DNA of 64,000 nucleotides, counting the filler, from Sphacelaria rigidula (Eukaryota), in NCBI GenBank assembly GCA_964200075.2. It is 7 parts of 7 records of this genome, joined end to end, with 100 filler letters (N's around TTAATTAATTAA, not from the genome) between each part and the next. Parts side by side here need not be neighbours in the genome. Positions count along the whole stretch, not along the records: positions 54,952 to 64,000 come from CAXNAA020009432.1; 6 more parts are not named here. One strand, written 5' to 3'. The position numbers were made by a program, and so were the translations under genes. The notes below the pieces were generated by a model that ran no database searches, was not told the origin of the DNA, and saw only the letters and a program-made list of their open reading frames with translations. Below are positions 60,063 through 64,000 of this stretch, piece by piece (position 1 is the stretch's first letter; the number at the start of each line of letters is the position of its first letter).

Positions 60063-62944
60063 TTCCAAATACGCTGTAACAAATGAAGAATTTTCACAAC
60101 ACGAGTGACTTAGGAAACAATCCAGAGGATTTCAATATCGACACGAACCTTCGAAGGAGACCCCAACAATGTTGAAAACCCTCCACAGGATTGCGAATTC
60201 CGAACATCCTCTAGTGACTTTCTTTCAAAGCGGATGGCAGGGAGGGAGACGTCCGGAAAATCCACTTGACTATCTTCGAGGATAGCCGAATGGCCGCGTG
60301 TATGCGGATCACGTCCGTATCTTCCATCCAAGAAGTTCTGTGTAATACCAAGGGTAAACGAAGAAAGGTATCCCGCACACCTGTCTACCCCCGTCCCCGT
60401 AGGACCGAAATTTACTTAATTTTTACCCCGTTCACACCTTCTCTCTCTCTCTTGCGCTTCTCCCGTTAATTCGTGTGTTCACTACACATTACCCCTCAAA
60501 CACATGCTACTGTGAATACCTACTTGATGAAAACACCCACATGGTGATGTTGGTTGGCTAAGCTTTATCTAGTGCTCGTGGTTGGAGACCATCCCCAACC
60601 AAAGTCATCCGCTGCGACAAACTTGGACGAAATTTCCAAGAAACAACGGCAACTCACATCTGAGTTTGTCCAAACCGGTATTAATAGTGATGGAATGAGG
60701 GACTCACGATGAGCCTACGATAATGGAAGTGTGTAGAGTATTCCGAATATTACATCACCCGCCACAACGGTTCTTATCGTTTCACTGTTTTCATTTATTG
60801 ATTACATTTCAGTTTCTTCAATTACAGTAGTTTCCAGCTGAAGTAGGAGATTCTCGTAATTTCTTCGTAGTTGGCGATTTTTTAATAGTTTTTTCGTGTG
60901 CCACCGCTCATCCCAGTAAACGCTTGATCTCAAAATTTGACGGTCGGGAGATATAAGGCATCCGCGCCACATTCCGAAAGAAAACTCTCATATCTGCACT
61001 CAATATTGAACGCCTTACGGGCTGACTGGCTTTGGGGCCCCAGGCTCTGACCCTTGGGTACTTATGCTCGAGTGAAACAATCCCGATCGTTCTCGTGACC
61101 TAATGTCAAAAAAATATTTTCTAATTTCTATATAGTCATTGCGCTAGAGCCGAGAAAGTGTGTTTTTTGGGACAGTGACGGTCGACTACACCCCCTGATA
61201 AACGAGATACTTACTCCGTATCACCCCGACAACACAAAAAATTGAGGATTATGCCCTGAGCATGACCTGCTTCTCCCCCCAACATCTATCGACGCTAGGA
61301 CAATCGAGTGCTGAGGGGGAACACTGCACGAAAAAATCCAGAGGAGCACTCAAGTACGAAAATCGCCCAACCGAACTCTGCATACAGTAGAAGCATAGTG
61401 GGAGAACCAATCCCGATCGCTCTCGTCAATAATGTTATAAACCCTTACTTTTCATGTTTACCTATTCATTGCTAGAGCGGGAAAGAAACGTGTTTTGGAC
61501 AAAAAACGGTCAATAGCACCCCCCGTCAATTAAGCCTGTGAGTCGTGCCAACATTGAGCGCAGAGAAAATTATTGTTTCGGAATGTTGAGCAGATGCCTA
61601 TAACAGTCCAAAAAGACAGTGAAACCATATTTATATTTTGTTTGCCATGGGAAGCAGCCTCAGAGGTTCAAGATAAGAAAACGTGTACGTCGGTGTAGAA
61701 AATATTCCATTACGTGTATTTGTGCACCCTTGGTAAGACAAAGAGGTTCCTCTATTTGATGTTAGTGAAGCGGTATCCACAACGTAGCTGCCTACGCCCA
61801 TTTCGTCCTGAAGCCAAGTCAAGTGAGATTTTGAGCCACGCTTTCCCACGCTTTCCCACGCTATCGAACATCAAAGTATTCGATTGGCGAGGGTCACATC
61901 AAGTCGCCAAACCTTCCGTAATAAAACGGTCACGATCCCAACAGTATAGGCATCGCCTTGCAGAGGTAAGGGGCGATGTAGAACGACACCAGCATTTTCT
62001 CGTCAAGAAAAAAAATCTAGACCGCTAGGGGGAAACTCGGTTAACAAGAAAGGAGGGACACACTACCTTCCCTCATCCCACGTCAGTTGATTTTGCTTCA
62101 AAGCGTCGATAAGGCTTTGCTCCTCCATGATGTAATGAATGCATTTGTACTTGTTCACACGATCGGTCATACTCGTTACGTGCTGCAATCTTCGCCGACG
62201 GAACGGGGGTAAAAAATTGTGTGTCGTCCACCTCCAAGCCCACATATTTGCCATCATCTATCGCACGAAAATGACGCGGCGCTTAACCTTCACAGAGCCC
62301 AGTGATGCAGGTGGCCTTTTGCTGGCTGGACTACTTTAGAGGGTTCAGAATAATTATTTTGATGAAAGAGACCGGGTCATCTTTCAAAGCGCGAAGAATG
62401 CTCCAAAGACTGTAAATTTCAAATAAATACGAGCTGGGCTGGCAGTAAGTCCCACACTCTCTCTCCGCACCACAGCTTCTCAAGTTTTCCAAATCAGCGC
62501 GACTTGAGCATATCGCTGTGAACTGCAGACTAACCTCGTAACACACCGCACCGCCGCTGCTTGATTGGCGCAGTTTTGGCGATGATGTTATCGTACTGCA
62601 GTGAGTACCGAGTATGTCTCTTGTCGTTGCGTGACAGCGTATCTGGAAACGTTTCATTTCACAAATGCGGTGGAATTGCGAAACCGTTGCGCCGCATAGG
62701 CACATGCACACCTGACATGCCCAGGTAAGAGCACACTGGTCCTGCTACAATATGGCATCAAGCTCGTCAAAAGTTCCATCAGGGGAAAGAACCTCCGACC
62801 TGACTGTCGTATATCACCGCACGAGGAAGAAGTACTAGTTGAAACTGCGCTATACCCCCCCCACCCAAAGCAAGACCATCACCAAAATATCGAGACTCTT
62901 TGCAACCCAGAGGTACGAGGGATTATGCACGATTACAGGCTGGT

Positions 62945-63700
62945 TCACGGAAAAAAAAAAACACTTCTCGGCAAAACTTCACGCTGTTTTAAGGAATTAG
63001 ACCCTGAAATTTGCACAGGTGTTTTATGGGTCATTACGCAACTTTGTATGGACGAGTTTTTTTTTACTTCTTTATTTTTATCACCGTTTTTCCGGGCTCC
63101 CAGTTTTCTTCGGGAAAACTTCGATCCAGTTGGACCCCCGTAAAACGGTAAAAAAGGAAAAAAAAAACCGTCCATACAAACTTGCGTAATGACCCATAGC
63201 ACACCTGTGCAAAATTTCAGGGTCTAACTCCTTAAAACGGCGTGAAGTTTTTTGTGCTTGTGCGATGAACCTTGCCGTGCCACGGTGAAACGACAAATTA
63301 AAAGATTTTAGTATGAAAATGGCGTTTTTGGGCCTTTTTCGACGTGAAAATAAAATTCAAGCACCACTCCATCGATTTTGGCCACGAAACTCTGTGGGGT
63401 TCTTCCTTGGGTTTTAAGGCGGCAAAGGGTTCGCAAAAAATAACCAAGTACTGTAGTGCCGGTTTTCCGGGGTCCCAGAATGGGTGAATTCGAAAAAACG
63501 ACTTGGATCCCGTCGGACCCCCGAAAAACGGTAAAAAATTCAAAAAGTAGAAAAACCTCGTTGATCGAAACTTGCGTAATGATTCATAGCACATTTGTGC
63601 AAAGTTTCAGGTTCTAACTCCTAATAAATGCGCGAAGATTTGCGCGTTTATGAGAGGATGTGAGCATAAAACGTGCAAACTTCTAACTACTTGGGTTGAC
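62945..63700. mobile_element. MITE-like repeats with inverted/direct ~130-bp modules (related copy at ~28070-28250)
   Basis: AAACTTCACG..TTTAAGGA.TTAGACCCTGAAATTT.CACAGGTG vs CACCTGTGCAAAATTTCAGGGTCTAACTCCTTAAA; a third module lies at ~63565-63690. Confidence 0.6.
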
Positions 63701-64000
63701 TTTGAAAACATCTTTTAGGGTCAATTTTATGTCAAGGTAGGAAAAATTGTATGAGATTTTCGATTTTCTCCACCAAAAATTGTACATGTGTTCCTTCGAC
63801 CATCCTGGGATGCATCATGTTACTGTTATTTCTTTTAGTCATTCTGTACCGCCTTTCGGGGGGTCTTTGTACTGGGACCCCCGGAAGCCGGTGGAGAACG
63901 CAGAGACTTTGAACCCTTGGACCCCCAATGTAAAGTATGGAAGAAACGTAATGAGCTACGGAAAGAAAGTAATGAGCGCCAGAATGTTGTAGGTGTCTCT

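Noticed and set aside
55734-62257. Short ORFs in the last contig (55734-56039, 58942-59391, 62063-62257) as genes
   Set aside because: No recognisable motifs and no phase-consistent exon chain could be built.

Overview
Eukaryotic nuclear DNA, most likely a brown alga (Phaeophyceae; inferred from a 72-nt single-LRR exon, a ROCO GTPase exon, intron-rich genes and the LINE/SINE families). The window is not contiguous genome. It is seven unrelated contigs of about 9058-9059 bp joined by artificial 100-bp spacers (N44-TTAATTAATTAA-N44). Genes I could reconstruct by splicing: (1) a complete 6-exon RRP12/NUC173 ribosome-biogenesis gene (18882-26366, +); (2) a ROC GTPase exon of an LRR-ROCO gene (32099-32478, -) and, on another contig, an isolated 72-nt LRR exon (7913-7984, -); (3) a secreted reprolysin/peptidyl-Asp-metallopeptidase-like gene (37570-43142, -; at least 8 phase-compatible exons) whose HExxHxxGxxH zinc site reads WMFAVNLGCFE, i.e. 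a candidate intact pseudo-protease, which is the most interesting find; (4) part of a PP4R1-like HEAT-repeat gene (about 48963-54423, -) with a probable GC-AG intron. The rest is repeat-rich: RTE-type and other LINE remnants, two tRNA-derived SINE families, and many MITEs (TA-target Tc1/mariner-like, hAT-like with 8-bp TSD, TTAGGG-containing, foldback). It also holds a chain of about 10 tiny piggyBac-like MITEs linked through shared TTAA sites. All protein assignments come from motif recognition, not database searches.
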